Program-made: the position numbers and the translations under genes | Notes under the pieces: generated by a model | The model's database searches: none | Told to the model about the DNA's origin: nothing | What the model saw: only the letters and a program-made list of their open reading frames with translations | Source: a bacterium | GTDB taxonomy: Bacteria; Cyanobacteriota; Vampirovibrionia; Gastranaerophilales; JBAXKC01 | Reading direction: 5' to 3' | Assembly: GCA_037137535.1 (NCBI GenBank) | Contig: JBAXKC010000009.1 | Coordinates: forward strand, 26,871 to 90,870 | DNA length: 64,000 bases | Shown here: positions 38,131-48,658 of the stretch, piece by piece | Position numbering within the stretch: the first letter of the stretch is position 1 | Layout of the letters: every line of letters starts with the position of its first letter

Positions 38131-39107
38131 TTGATAAAGCGATACTAGGCAAATCAGGGTTATCAGTATCTAGGCTTTGTTATGGAACTCTGGCATTAAG
38201 TCCTTATCATTCAAATCCATCGAAAGAAAAAGCCTTTGAACTGTTAAACTATGCGTATTCAAGAGGAATAAACTTTTGGGATACGGCAGAGCTTTATGAT
38301 AACTATGATTTAATGAGTTACGCACTTAAAAACATTGATAATAATAAAGATATAATTATATCAAGCCGTTGTTATGCAAAAACCTATGACGAAATGTCAA
38401 GAGCGATTGACGAGGCATTAAGTAAACTTTCAATAGATAAAATAAGCATCTTCGGGCTACATGAAGTTTATCCCGAAGAACTTAAAAACGGATATTTTCG
38501 CAAAGATGCTTTCTTTGCTTTAATTAAAGCAAAGGAAGAAGGAAAAATATCAGCAATATCAATAACTTCACACTCGGTAAAAAGCGTTGAACATTCATTA
38601 TTAATAGATGAAATAGACATTATAATGCCCTTAATCAATTATAAAGGGCTGGGAATACTTGACGGGACAAAAACCGATATGCTAAATGCAATTAATAATG
38701 CCAAATCAAAACAAAAGGGCATATTTGCAATGAAAGTTTTAGGCGGAGGCTTTTACTCAAAGGACGTAAGAAAAGCCTTAGCGTTTGTGCTGAATAACCG
38801 CAACATTGATTCAATTGCAATAGGAATGGATGACATTGAAGAAATAAAATTTAATATTTCAATATTTCAAAACTCAATTACAGACTATGATATTGAAAAT
38901 AAACTAAAATTAAAAAACAAAAGAATTTCCATAGAGCCATGGTGCGAAAATTGCGGCAAATGTGTAAAAACATGCCCTCAAAATGCTATTTACAATGAAT
39001 ATGGAATGTTAAAAGCAGATGATAAAAAATGCGTAAGATGCGGATATTGCATTCCTGCTTGTAAATATTTCAATATAAAATTTTTAAATCAAAATGAAAC
39101 AATTTAA
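38115..39107 (+). CDS. Aldo/keto reductase with C-terminal 2x[4Fe-4S] domain
   Basis: LGKSGLSVSRLCYGT, DTAELY, AMKVLGGG; two CxxCxxC motifs. Confidence 0.88.
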   Translation: MENSLIDKAILGKSGLSVSRLCYGTLALSPYHSNPSKEKAFELLNYAYSRGINFWDTAELYDNYDLMSYALKNIDNNKDIIISSRCYAKTYDEMSRAIDEALSKLSIDKISIFGLHEVYPEELKNGYFRKDAFFALIKAKEEGKISAISITSHSVKSVEHSLLIDEIDIIMPLINYKGLGILDGTKTDMLNAINNAKSKQKGIFAMKVLGGGFYSKDVRKALAFVLNNRNIDSIAIGMDDIEEIKFNISIFQNSITDYDIENKLKLKNKRISIEPWCENCGKCVKTCPQNAIYNEYGMLKADDKKCVRCGYCIPACKYFNIKFLNQNETI

Positions 39108-39143
39108 AAAAACTAACGTCTTAATAAAAGAATGCCGTATTTT

Positions 39144-39178
39144 AACCCTCTTTAAAGGATTTGAAGAGGGTTCTTTTT
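39144..39178. terminator. Terminator between convergent genes
   Basis: AACCCTCTTT-loop-GAAGAGGGTT followed by T tract. Confidence 0.6.
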
Positions 39179-39179
39179 A

Positions 39180-40037
39180 TTAAATCTTTTTGGTGATTCT
39201 GGCACCAATAGCGACACCATTTGTTCTGCGATTATATTTAACCGAAGGATGGAACTCAATTTTTTGATTATAACCAAATTTTCTTAATTTACTGACACCT
39301 TGCGGGAAAAATCTATTTCCTACTTTATTATAGAAATAAATACCCGCCAAAGCTCCTAACGTATCGTCAATAAGATCTTTTGGAGATGGAGCAACGTAAA
39401 CACCTTCACAAACGTATTCCCATAAAAAGTTTGTCATTTCTGCAAATAAGAGTGTTTCTTTATCAGAAGCACCAGTGGTTTTTAAATAATTAGCAAGAAG
39501 GAAAAATTCGCCAGGATGCCCAATATAGTTAATCCAGAAAGCGTTATCATCAGCTTTCCAACCATCTATTAAACCTTTAGCAGGGTTTTTGATATTTCCA
39601 AAAAATATGTTATCTGCTGTTCTATCGCCAAAAGCTTCTTCCTGACTATGTGTAACGGATAAACCACCAAGCATTAACAACGTTATACAGTCATGAAATC
39701 TTTTTGCGCTATTATATTCAACCACAATTGGTTTGTCATTATAGCTTAAACTTGGCAACTGCGGTACTAAAAGAATATACTCTTTATTGCCTTCTTTATG
39801 TCTGAAAACTTTATATGCAGCTGCTTTTTGTTCCGCTGTGAGATTAAACTTTATTTCTTTAGATATTGACGTATTTACACTAACGCCACCGGCCAACGAC
39901 TTATTACTTATTGGCTCGATTAGTTCTACTTTGTTTTTATTATTTTTAAGCTCAAATTCTCCTGCAAAGACAGGAGTCATTAGATTAGTAAAAAGTGTTG
40001 AAAAAGCTAATACACTTGCAATTACTTTGTTTTTCAT
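39180..40037 (-). CDS. Exported protein, DUF3943-like
   Basis: Signal peptide; NYIGHP, WEYVCEG, PSPKDL motifs. Confidence 0.6.
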   Translation of the reverse strand: MKNKVIASVLAFSTLFTNLMTPVFAGEFELKNNKNKVELIEPISNKSLAGGVSVNTSISKEIKFNLTAEQKAAAYKVFRHKEGNKEYILLVPQLPSLSYNDKPIVVEYNSAKRFHDCITLLMLGGLSVTHSQEEAFGDRTADNIFFGNIKNPAKGLIDGWKADDNAFWINYIGHPGEFFLLANYLKTTGASDKETLLFAEMTNFLWEYVCEGVYVAPSPKDLIDDTLGALAGIYFYNKVGNRFFPQGVSKLRKFGYNQKIEFHPSVKYNRRTNGVAIGARITKKI

Positions 40038-40161
40038 AGCGACTGCGGATTCTCCTAACTAATGATTTATTTTAAATAATATCATGAAATTAAAATAAAA
40101 AAATAAACATACCTTATAGTATTTTATTATTTGTAATAAAAAATAACTATAAATTATTCAA

Positions 40162-40812
40162 TTAAAACTGTTTTGATTCAAGTTTTTTGCTTAAAAGTGA
40201 CAAACTAAAACAAATAATAAAATAAACAAGAGCAATAAAAATCAATATTTCAAATTCTCTGTAAGTTCTCTCATATATTATTTCACCTGATCTTGTTAAC
40301 TCAATTAGCCCAATGGTTGAAGCAAGAGAGGTATCTTTAATCAGTGAAATAAACTGACTGACAAGAGCAGGGGTCATTCTTTTTACGGAAAGAGGCAATA
40401 TAATGTATATTAAACGCTGAAAATAGTTTAATCCTAAACTCCTTGCCGCATCTATATGCCCCATTTCTATGGATTTCAAACCACTTCTTATAATTTCTGC
40501 GATATAAGCAGAGGTAAAAACAATTAAGGCAATTGCAGAAGATTGAAAAAAGCTCGTCTCAACACCAACAATATATGGCAAAAATCCAAAATGAATAAAA
40601 ATTATAAATAAAATAAGCGGAATTGATCTTACAACCTCAACATAAAGTGCAGCAAGCCAGCTAAAAAGTACAACTCTGGAATATCTTATGATTCCTAAAA
40701 TAACTCCTAAAATTAAACTTCCTGTTATTGAAACCAATGCAAGTTTAAAAGTAACGGCAAGTCCTTTCATTAGAAAATCAAAATTTTGAGTTACGTCACT
40801 AAAAGAGATCAT
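40162..40812 (-). CDS. Polar amino acid ABC transporter permease
   Basis: RSIP, AYIAEIIRSG, DAARSLG, KDTSL. Confidence 0.93.
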   Translation of the reverse strand: MISFSDVTQNFDFLMKGLAVTFKLALVSITGSLILGVILGIIRYSRVVLFSWLAALYVEVVRSIPLILFIIFIHFGFLPYIVGVETSFFQSSAIALIVFTSAYIAEIIRSGLKSIEMGHIDAARSLGLNYFQRLIYIILPLSVKRMTPALVSQFISLIKDTSLASTIGLIELTRSGEIIYERTYREFEILIFIALVYFIICFSLSLLSKKLESKQF

Positions 40813-41483
40813 ATTTTAATTGACCTCCCTGGAATTTTAAACATATTATCGATTTTTGAAGCAATAAAAGCAACGCTGCCTGTTAATATCATATAAATTA
40901 CTGCACCTGTTACGAAAAATTCAACAAACCTGAAATCATCCGCAGCACCTTTATATATCACATAAAATAAATCCGTAACGGCAATAAAACTTACAAGTGA
41001 AGAGTTTTTTATAAGATTGATAAACTGATTGGTCAGAGCAGGTAAAATAATTCTTATTGCCTGAGGAAGAATAATAATTCTATAAGTTTGAATGGCGTTT
41101 AATCCTAAGGCTCTAGCCGCCTGATATTGTTCATTTGCGACAGAACTAAGTCCGGAACGGACAACTTCGCAGATGAAAGCCGCAGTATATAGACTTAAAG
41201 ACAATATGCCACATAGCATAGGGTTTAAAGTTATACCAATATTGGGCAAACCCTTATAATAAATGTATAATTGTATAAGTAACGGTGTATTACGGTGTAT
41301 TTCAACATAAATAGCCGCAATTGTTTTTAATACAAAAGATTTAGACCTTCTGCAAAATGCAAGAACTACACCCAATCCAAAAGCAATAATTGCGGAAATA
41401 ATTGAGACGATTAACGTTATTTCTAAACCTTTTAATATTGCAGGTAATGCGTTATAGATTACCCAAAAATCAATTTGATACAT
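40809..41483 (-). CDS. Polar amino acid ABC transporter permease
   Basis: RNTPLLIQL, QAARALG, ILPQAIR, KNSSL. Confidence 0.93.
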   Translation of the reverse strand: MYQIDFWVIYNALPAILKGLEITLIVSIISAIIAFGLGVVLAFCRRSKSFVLKTIAAIYVEIHRNTPLLIQLYIYYKGLPNIGITLNPMLCGILSLSLYTAAFICEVVRSGLSSVANEQYQAARALGLNAIQTYRIIILPQAIRIILPALTNQFINLIKNSSLVSFIAVTDLFYVIYKGAADDFRFVEFFVTGAVIYMILTGSVAFIASKIDNMFKIPGRSIKI

Positions 41484-41488
41484 TTTAC

Positions 41489-42295
41489 CTATTTTTTAAT
41501 GTAGTTGACCATCCATTTTTTTCTAATTCTATCAAGAGTGCCGTCTGACTGCATTTCTTCAAGAGTTATATTTACAAGCTCTTTAAGCTCTCTTGAGCCT
41601 TTGCCTTTTTTAAACGCAATGCCATATGGTTCTTGCGTATATCGATTTGGAAGCATTTTAAAATTATTATCTTCTGCTAAAAAGCCTGCAATAATAGTAT
41701 CATCAGTTGTTAAAGCATCTGTTCTATGTGCTCTTAATGCAGAAAAAGCATCCGTATAGGTTTTAAATCCAACAGGAATTGCTTTAGGGGCAAGTGTTGA
41801 AAGATTTTGTTCACTTGTTGAACCAAGAACAACGCTTACTCTTTTGCCGTTAAGATTTTCCATTGTTTTAATACCGCTGGTTTTAGGAATCATAATAGCT
41901 TGACCAGCCATATAATAAGGATCAGAGAAATCTACAATTCTTTTTCTTTTATTATTTATTGTCATAGTTGCCGCAACAAGGTCAACAGAACCTGAAGTGA
42001 TTGAAGGAATACGATTTGAAGAGGTTACCTGCTGAAACTTTACTGAATCCGCATCACCTAAAATTCTTCTTGAAATTTCTTTTATAAGGTCTATGTCAAA
42101 ACCTTTTATCTGCTGATCCTGATCAATAAAGCCAAAAGGTTTACTATCATATTTTACGCCTGCTTTAATATAGCCTCTATCCTTAATAGCTTGCAATAGA
42201 GGTTTACTTTCAGGCATAAGTCCGCAACCTGTAATATTAACAAAGACTAATAGTGCTGTTATGCTTATAATAATTTGTTTTATGTTCTTTTTCAT
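41489..42295 (-). CDS. Polar amino acid ABC substrate-binding lipoprotein (GlnH/Peb1A-like)
   Basis: Lipobox ITGC; GFDIDL, ATMTI, FSDPY, EPYGIA. Confidence 0.92.
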   Translation of the reverse strand: MKKNIKQIIISITALLVFVNITGCGLMPESKPLLQAIKDRGYIKAGVKYDSKPFGFIDQDQQIKGFDIDLIKEISRRILGDADSVKFQQVTSSNRIPSITSGSVDLVAATMTINNKRKRIVDFSDPYYMAGQAIMIPKTSGIKTMENLNGKRVSVVLGSTSEQNLSTLAPKAIPVGFKTYTDAFSALRAHRTDALTTDDTIIAGFLAEDNNFKMLPNRYTQEPYGIAFKKGKGSRELKELVNITLEEMQSDGTLDRIRKKWMVNYIKK

Positions 42296-42319
42296 AGTAT
42301 TTGGCTCGCTATATCTCAA

Positions 42320-43054
42320 TTACAATTCTAATTTCAATGTGCTTTTCAGAAAATCTTTCGTTATAGAACTTTTCGGATTAGTAAAAATCACATCTGGAGT
42401 TCCTTCTTCGACAATTTGACCATGCGACATGAAAATTATTCTGCTTGCAACTTCTCTTGCAAAACTCATTTCATGAGTAACTACAATCATCGTCATTCCT
42501 TCATTAGCAAGGTTTTTCATTACGTCAAGCACTTCATTTGTCATCTTAGGATCAAGAGCACTTGTAGGCTCATCAAATAACATTATTTTAGGTTGCATTG
42601 CAAGACTTCTGGCGATTGCAACACGCTGAGATTCTCCACCTGAAAGTTCTTCAGGATATCTATCTATTTTAGAAATCAATCCAACTTTTTCTAAAAGCTG
42701 CATAGCCATAATATCAGCATCATTTTTGGAAACTCTTCTAACTTTTAAAGGTGCTAAAGTGATATTTTCTTTTACCGTCATATGCGGAAAAAGATTGAAT
42801 TGCTGAAAAACAATGCCGACTTCAGACCTTAAACGGTTTAAATCAATAGATGTATCTGTTATATCTACACCATCAACCAGTATCTTACCTTTATTTACAG
42901 GCTCAAGACCATTTATACATTTAAGCATAGTGCTTTTGCCGCAACCAGATGGTCCAATTACTGCGACAATTTCACCTTTATTTACTTCTACGCAAATGTT
43001 TTTTAATACAGAAAAATTTTTATAAGATTTAAAAACATTTTCAAGTTTAATCAT
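42320..43054 (-). CDS. Polar amino acid ABC ATP-binding protein, GlnQ-like
   Basis: [36 protein letters not shown]. Confidence 0.95.
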   Translation of the reverse strand: MIKLENVFKSYKNFSVLKNICVEVNKGEIVAVIGPSGCGKSTMLKCINGLEPVNKGKILVDGVDITDTSIDLNRLRSEVGIVFQQFNLFPHMTVKENITLAPLKVRRVSKNDADIMAMQLLEKVGLISKIDRYPEELSGGESQRVAIARSLAMQPKIMLFDEPTSALDPKMTNEVLDVMKNLANEGMTMIVVTHEMSFAREVASRIIFMSHGQIVEEGTPDVIFTNPKSSITKDFLKSTLKLEL

Positions 43055-43226
43055 ATTACTAATAAACCTATCCTTAAGTGTTAAAATATTGAAGCTGTGA
43101 TATAGAGTTTAGTAGGTTTACTTTGCTATCATAGAGCTTATATAATTTATCTTATACAGTTAATTAATAAAAGTAAACAAAAATTTGAAAATTGCCATAG
43201 CATTTTTTTAAACAGGGGGGATTATT

Positions 43227-43655
43227 GTGTATAGCATAAGCGTTAAAAGACCTGTCATAATTAAAACCATAGTAACCAAAGACTTTAAAAAGCAGGCTGT
43301 AGAAGAATTAATGAATGAATTACAGGTATTAGACTCTCAAATTATGCAATTAGAGCTTCAAAGCCGCCAAGTTCACGATCAATTCTCCACTATGGGATAT
43401 ATGACAGAAGAAAATAAAATGTATGTACATAAAGCGGTAGAAGAAATTCACAGTCGTCTTGAGCAATTAGGGGCATTAAGAAATGAACTTAATGGTCATA
43501 AAGAAAGTATTGAGCATTTAGCTCTTAACAATGTTATAATTACGGGCAGTCTGGAAAATTATGTAGAACTGAAAGTCGGCGAAAATCTTTACGATAAATT
43601 CAAAGATGCGGAAATCATAATTAAAGACGGAATTATTCAAGACATAAGGAGTTAA
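43227..43655 (+). CDS. YlqD-family protein
   Basis: KRPVIIKTIVT, coiled coil, VGENL...EIIIKDG; precedes rimM. Confidence 0.8.
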   Translation: MYSISVKRPVIIKTIVTKDFKKQAVEELMNELQVLDSQIMQLELQSRQVHDQFSTMGYMTEENKMYVHKAVEEIHSRLEQLGALRNELNGHKESIEHLALNNVIITGSLENYVELKVGENLYDKFKDAEIIIKDGIIQDIRS

Positions 43656-43661
43656 ATACTT

Positions 43662-44195
43662 TTGGACAGGCTAATATCAATAGGAAAAATTTTAAATTTC
43701 CATGGAATAATGGGCGAAGTTAAGGTTGGATTTACAGCAGGAAAAGAAGACCAAATTCTTTCGCTTAAAGAAGTTTCCCTTGTAAGCGGAAGCAAAACAA
43801 AAACATTATCAGTAGAAAAAGTAAGACTTCACAAACAATATGCCCTTATTAAATTCAAAGGAATTGATACAGTTAATGAAGTTTTGGAACTAAAAGGCAG
43901 TTTCTTAAAAATTCCAAAAGGTGATCTTGTGAAAACTTTTGAAGAAGACGAATTTTTAATTGACGATCTTGCAGGATGTAAGGTTTATGACCAAAATAAA
44001 GCTTTAGTTGGTGAAATTACTGAAATTGCCAATATCAGAGGACAAGACATGCTTATTATGCTTGACGAAGAGAAAAAAGAATATTTCCTTCCCTTTGTTA
44101 AAGAAATAGTTCCTGTTGTTGATATTGAAAATAAAAAAATCATTATAAATAATATACCTGGATTATTAGACCCTGAAGAGTGCGAAGTGGAATAA
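43662..44195 (+). CDS. rimM: 16S rRNA processing protein RimM
   Basis: GKI..FHGIMGEVKV, EDEF..DDL.G, LPFVKE; precedes trmD. Confidence 0.95.
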   Translation: MDRLISIGKILNFHGIMGEVKVGFTAGKEDQILSLKEVSLVSGSKTKTLSVEKVRLHKQYALIKFKGIDTVNEVLELKGSFLKIPKGDLVKTFEEDEFLIDDLAGCKVYDQNKALVGEITEIANIRGQDMLIMLDEEKKEYFLPFVKEIVPVVDIENKKIIINNIPGLLDPEECEVE

Positions 44196-44197
44196 GT

Positions 44198-44932
44198 ATG
44201 CAATTTGATGTTGTAACACTATTTCCCGAACTGATTCAAAATTATTGTTCTTCGAGCATAATGGGAAGAGCGCAAAAAAACGAAGTCATAACCGTTAATA
44301 CTACAAACCCAAGGGATTTTTCAAAAGACAAACATAAAAAAGTCGATGATACCCCTTATGGTGGCGGTGCAGGCATGGTTTTAATGTGCGAGCCGTTTTT
44401 TGCCTCAATAGAAGCAATTCCAAGAAAAGCAAACACCGTTAATGTTTTATTAACACCTCAAGGGGAAAAATATTCCCATGAAAAAGCCTTAGAACTAAGC
44501 ACTTACGAGCAAATTGTACTTATTTGCGGGCATTATGAAGGTTTTGATGAGCGAATAAGAACAGGCATAGACCTAATCGAAATTTCGCTTGGGGATTTTG
44601 TGCTGACAGGCGGAGAAGTTGCGGCTCTTACAATAATAGATTCGGTATCAAGACTTATACCAGGGGCTTTAGGCAAACATGAATCTGCCTGTGAAGACAG
44701 TTTCTATGATGGTCTTTTAGAATATCCGCATTACACTCGCCCATACGACTATAGGGGGATGTGCGTTCCTGATGTTCTACTTTCGGGAAATCATAAAGAA
44801 ATAGACAAATGGAGACGAAAACAGTCAATAATGAGAACCTTTGAAAAACGTCCCGACCTGATAGAAAAACTAGATAAATCAAAACTTTCCAAAGAAGATA
44901 AAATTTTATTAAACTCACTTTTAAAAGACTAG
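44198..44932 (+). CDS. trmD: tRNA (guanine37-N1)-methyltransferase
   Basis: TLFPE, DDTPYGGGAGM, CGHYEGFDER, SLGDFVLTGGE, PHYTRP. Confidence 0.97.
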   Translation: MQFDVVTLFPELIQNYCSSSIMGRAQKNEVITVNTTNPRDFSKDKHKKVDDTPYGGGAGMVLMCEPFFASIEAIPRKANTVNVLLTPQGEKYSHEKALELSTYEQIVLICGHYEGFDERIRTGIDLIEISLGDFVLTGGEVAALTIIDSVSRLIPGALGKHESACEDSFYDGLLEYPHYTRPYDYRGMCVPDVLLSGNHKEIDKWRRKQSIMRTFEKRPDLIEKLDKSKLSKEDKILLNSLLKD

Positions 44933-44941
44933 GAGCTAAAA

Positions 44942-45763
44942 ATGATTTCTCACTTAACATTATATTTAAACTCGATAATTTTAGGCGTAGTAGAAGGCAT
45001 TACAGAATTTTTGCCAATATCTTCCACAGGACACATGATAATTGTTGGAAATTTCTTGAAATTTGACGGTGAATTTGCAAAATTGTTTGAAATAGTCATT
45101 CAATTAGGGGCAATACTTGCTATTGTCGTACTATTCAGAACAAAAATATTCGATTCCTTAAAAAGTCTAAAACCAAACGGTTCAGGCTTCAAGTTATGGA
45201 CAAGCCTCATGCTTGCCTTTTTACCCGTAGGAGTTATGGGAATACTTTTTGACAAAAAAATCAAACTTTATATGATGAATCCGCTATGTGTTTCATTAGC
45301 CTTACTGATAGGCGGTATATTTATGATTTTTGCCGAAAACAAATACAGAGAAAACAACAAAATAACCTCCCTCGAACAAGTAGGCTATAAACAGGCATTA
45401 ATTATCGGTTGTTTTCAATGTATTGCTATATTATGGCCTGGTTTTTCAAGATCAGCTTCAACTATTATAGGTGGTTGGATAATGGGACTTTCAAGCGTTG
45501 TAGCGGCTGAATTCTCGTTCTTCCTTGCTATACCGACAATGACAATAGCGACAGTTTACGAATTAATTAAAACAAAAATCGTTTTAAGCACACCCGAAAT
45601 TCTTTCTTTAATTATAGGATTTGCGGTTTCTTTTGTAGTTGCAATTGTTGTCGTTGCAAAATTCATCGAATTCTTAAAAGAAAAACCAATGAAAAGTTTT
45701 GCTGTTTACAGAATAGTTGTTGGTGTTTTATTGCTAGGGATGGCGTTTTTTAAACTGATTTAG
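44942..45763 (+). CDS. uppP: Undecaprenyl-diphosphatase (BacA family)
   Basis: EGITEFLPISSTGH, IQLGAI, PGFSRS, AAEFSFFLAIP. Confidence 0.96.
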   Translation: MISHLTLYLNSIILGVVEGITEFLPISSTGHMIIVGNFLKFDGEFAKLFEIVIQLGAILAIVVLFRTKIFDSLKSLKPNGSGFKLWTSLMLAFLPVGVMGILFDKKIKLYMMNPLCVSLALLIGGIFMIFAENKYRENNKITSLEQVGYKQALIIGCFQCIAILWPGFSRSASTIIGGWIMGLSSVVAAEFSFFLAIPTMTIATVYELIKTKIVLSTPEILSLIIGFAVSFVVAIVVVAKFIEFLKEKPMKSFAVYRIVVGVLLLGMAFFKLI

Positions 45764-45787
45764 TGGATGGTTTTTATATTTTATAGA

Positions 45788-45819
45788 TATAAGGCTGGGT
45801 TATTAAATCCAGCCTTATA
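45788..45819 (+). terminator. Terminator after uppP
   Basis: TATAAGGCTGGGTT-N4-AATCCAGCCTTATA. Confidence 0.65.
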
Positions 45820-45909
45820 ATTTAGCTTAATTAAACTTGTATTTTAGCAGTAAAAGATATAGAATTTATTTTGAGAAAGACAAACAGTATTTGTTGGAGG
45901 TGGGAGAAG

Positions 45910-46461
45910 ATGAATATTCTTAAATATTTTATAAATGCTATAAATACCAATACTGGTATAATCGCAATATTAACAATTACAACTTCTTCCATTGTTACAA
46001 TTGCTAACACTTATTTAACCAAAAAATTCGAACTAAAAAGATATAAACAGCAATTAATTACTGATAAAAAAACTGCTATTTATGGAGAATTATACGAAAA
46101 ACTAATTGAATTAATTGAATTACTGCGTGAATATCATAATAATGAACATGAAGATAAAAATACAAAATTTTTCTTACATAAATCTAATTTAATTAATTTA
46201 AAAATAAAATATTCTATATTTTTAAGTCAAAAATTCCTAAAAATTCTTGATGAATGTATAAAAAACCTTTCTGAATCGATGGATCTTAGTAATGCTAGAG
46301 AATATGAATCTAAACAAACAGAGCTAAATATTTGTTTATATACAAAGAAGATACTACGAGAAAGAATAATAGAACAATTTTACGAACTTAATAATATTAC
46401 TTTTAAACATGATAATGATATTTTGCAATTAATAAAAAAAGAATTAGAAGTACAAAACTAA
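45910..46461 (+). CDS. Hypothetical AT-rich protein with N-terminal TM helix
   Basis: ATG 45910 behind GGAG; hydrophobic N-terminus then helical body. Confidence 0.55.
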   Translation: MNILKYFINAINTNTGIIAILTITTSSIVTIANTYLTKKFELKRYKQQLITDKKTAIYGELYEKLIELIELLREYHNNEHEDKNTKFFLHKSNLINLKIKYSIFLSQKFLKILDECIKNLSESMDLSNAREYESKQTELNICLYTKKILRERIIEQFYELNNITFKHDNDILQLIKKELEVQN

Positions 46462-46528
46462 TAATAAAAAATCAAAAGAGTATTATTAAATCAAAATAAA
46501 GAAATTTTACAGCATAAAGGACTAAACA

Positions 46529-46846
46529 ATGCCTGATAAAACGATTATAGATAAAATCATAAAATCGATATTAAAAGTTTTAGTGCCTGATAAAATTATC
46601 CTGTTTGGTTCACAGGCTCGTGGGGACGCACGACCTGACAGCGATTATGATATTTTAATTATTGCAAGTAAAATTGATGACGAATTAAAAACAGAACGGC
46701 TTATTTACAGGGCATTATTAGATTTTAACGATCCTGTCGGTGTAGATATTATTGTTAAAACTCCTGCAAGTGCTGAAAAATCAAGAAATATGATTGTTTC
46801 CGTAGTTAAAGAGGCTTTTAAAGAAGGTATTGTTATTTATGGTTAA
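46529..46846 (+). CDS. Minimal nucleotidyltransferase (MNT)
   Basis: LFGSQARGD...SDYD, VDI. Confidence 0.9.
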   Translation: MPDKTIIDKIIKSILKVLVPDKIILFGSQARGDARPDSDYDILIIASKIDDELKTERLIYRALLDFNDPVGVDIIVKTPASAEKSRNMIVSVVKEAFKEGIVIYG

Positions 46847-47237
46847 TGCAATAGATTGGATAAAGCGGGCAAAAAGTAATCTTGCTATTGCTAAAAATAT
46901 ATATGAACAAGAATTAGAAGCTTTTGGCGGTGAAATTTTCTTTGAGGAGCTTTGTTTTGAAATACAACAATCAGTAGAGAAAGCGTTTAAAGCCCTGCTT
47001 TTGTTTCATAATATCGAGTTTCCAAAAACTCATGACATAGACAGGCTAATAAAAATTTTGAGAATAAACAATATAGAAGTCCCCGAAGAAATGCTTGATG
47101 CAGGAATGTTGACTCAATATGCCGTTAGAACCAGATATCCTGATGATATAAGAAAAATTACACAAGAAGAATATATAGAAGCCCTTAACATAGCAGAAAT
47201 CGTTTATAATTGGGCTAAAGAACAAATTGAACAGTAA
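46839..47237 (+). CDS. HEPN domain protein, partner of MNT
   Basis: QQSVEKAFKA, KTHDI, RYP; 8-nt overlap with the MNT gene. Confidence 0.88.
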   Translation: MVNAIDWIKRAKSNLAIAKNIYEQELEAFGGEIFFEELCFEIQQSVEKAFKALLLFHNIEFPKTHDIDRLIKILRINNIEVPEEMLDAGMLTQYAVRTRYPDDIRKITQEEYIEALNIAEIVYNWAKEQIEQ

Positions 47238-47259
47238 TCATTTTAAAATATCGACTTCT

Positions 47260-48393
47260 TTACAAACTATAAAGATAGCCCTCTAGCCTTTTTTGATTGC
47301 AATATTCAATGACTTCATCGGTATATTCACCGAATAAAGGCAAGCCGAATAGCTGAAAACAGTTAATATCAATTCTTCTGTTATTTATTTCCACAATTTT
47401 CACATTGCCCTCATTGTCAATGCAACAGTCAAAACCTAAAAGTCTTTGATAATTATTTTCGCTTGCGGTTTTTGAGGTTAATGCTTTGATTTCATTATAT
47501 TTAGGAACTTTTCTTATATCGCTGAATTTGACACTAGGCTTAGATGGTAGAGTATAAAATTTATTTCCATATATATCAAGAGCATAATCGGATAATTCAC
47601 CGTTATGATTCACCAGACAACAAACTCCACCCGAAGATACATTGTCCACTTCAGAATCGACACCGCCAATTCTGACGATACTATTAAAAACAACAACTTT
47701 ATTAGTTTTTACCGACCTGTAAGTGTACATTCTTATGGTATTTAAGGAAGTCGGGTTTAAATATTGGAAATATTTATCAGATTCTATATATTTTTGAATA
47801 ACAAAATCCTGTTTATAATTATCAAGCAAATATTTAATAGTAAGTTGTTCACCTGCATTATTATAAAAATTTTTGTTTTTTCTGTAAAAAATCTGAATAT
47901 TTTTACCACCCCACGAATCAATTGACGGTTTGATAACAAGTTTTTGCTCAAAACCAAAATATTTTTCAAACTTGGATAAATCTTCAATATTATGATAATC
48001 ACTATCATAAAAATCTCCATGAATATTTCTAAGTAAGGTTTCAGGAAAAACATCTGTTTCTGAATAATATTTGTTATAAAAATTTTTGTCCGCATAAGCA
48101 GTAGCAAAATTATTGTTATTTAATATCGGCTCGATTATTCCGTAATATAAATCTTCTGGCACATAATCATGACTTTCTTTTCCCGAAATATTAGTATAAG
48201 TCTTATACCAAGTTTCATTTATGTTTGAATCTAAAATGCTCCATCTGTTTTTATATCCATAAATATCCATATCAGCATATATTTTTGATTTTTCAGAAAT
48301 TTTATATATTTTTTGTATTTTAGATTGATAAGCTGTTCTTTTTTTTGATAACAAATACCATTTTTTAAGTTCTGAAAGGCGAGATTTAATCAT
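47260..48393 (-). CDS. Sugar-transfer-associated ATP-grasp protein
   Basis: DKN, VIKPSIDSWGG, FVIQ, SLNTIR, DNVSSGG, GFD, VEIN. Confidence 0.75.
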   Translation of the reverse strand: MIKSRLSELKKWYLLSKKRTAYQSKIQKIYKISEKSKIYADMDIYGYKNRWSILDSNINETWYKTYTNISGKESHDYVPEDLYYGIIEPILNNNNFATAYADKNFYNKYYSETDVFPETLLRNIHGDFYDSDYHNIEDLSKFEKYFGFEQKLVIKPSIDSWGGKNIQIFYRKNKNFYNNAGEQLTIKYLLDNYKQDFVIQKYIESDKYFQYLNPTSLNTIRMYTYRSVKTNKVVVFNSIVRIGGVDSEVDNVSSGGVCCLVNHNGELSDYALDIYGNKFYTLPSKPSVKFSDIRKVPKYNEIKALTSKTASENNYQRLLGFDCCIDNEGNVKIVEINNRRIDINCFQLFGLPLFGEYTDEVIEYCNQKRLEGYLYSL

Positions 48394-48395
48394 AT

Positions 48396-48440
48396 CAATT
48401 TATATCCTTATACAGTTTGAGATTATAAGGATATAAATTG
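48396..48440 (-). promoter_or_regulatory. 17-bp inverted repeat covering the RBS of the ATP-grasp gene
   Basis: CAATTTATATCCTTATA-N11-TATAAGGATATAAATTG ending 2 nt before ATG 48393. Confidence 0.55.
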
Positions 48441-48658
48441 CCACTATAAAAAGCAATTGCCTGTTTTACCTGTCATTAAGGTTAATTATTATGAAAATAT
48501 TGAATTTTTAATAAATATCATTAAACTCAATGATAAGGGAAATACTCTTATTATTCGCAAATTTCATCTTATCGTATGTGTTGTTTTGTTTTAATATCAG
48601 TCAAAATTGGAATACTAATACTAAAATTACTATTATTGTACCCATAGGATGAAAATGT

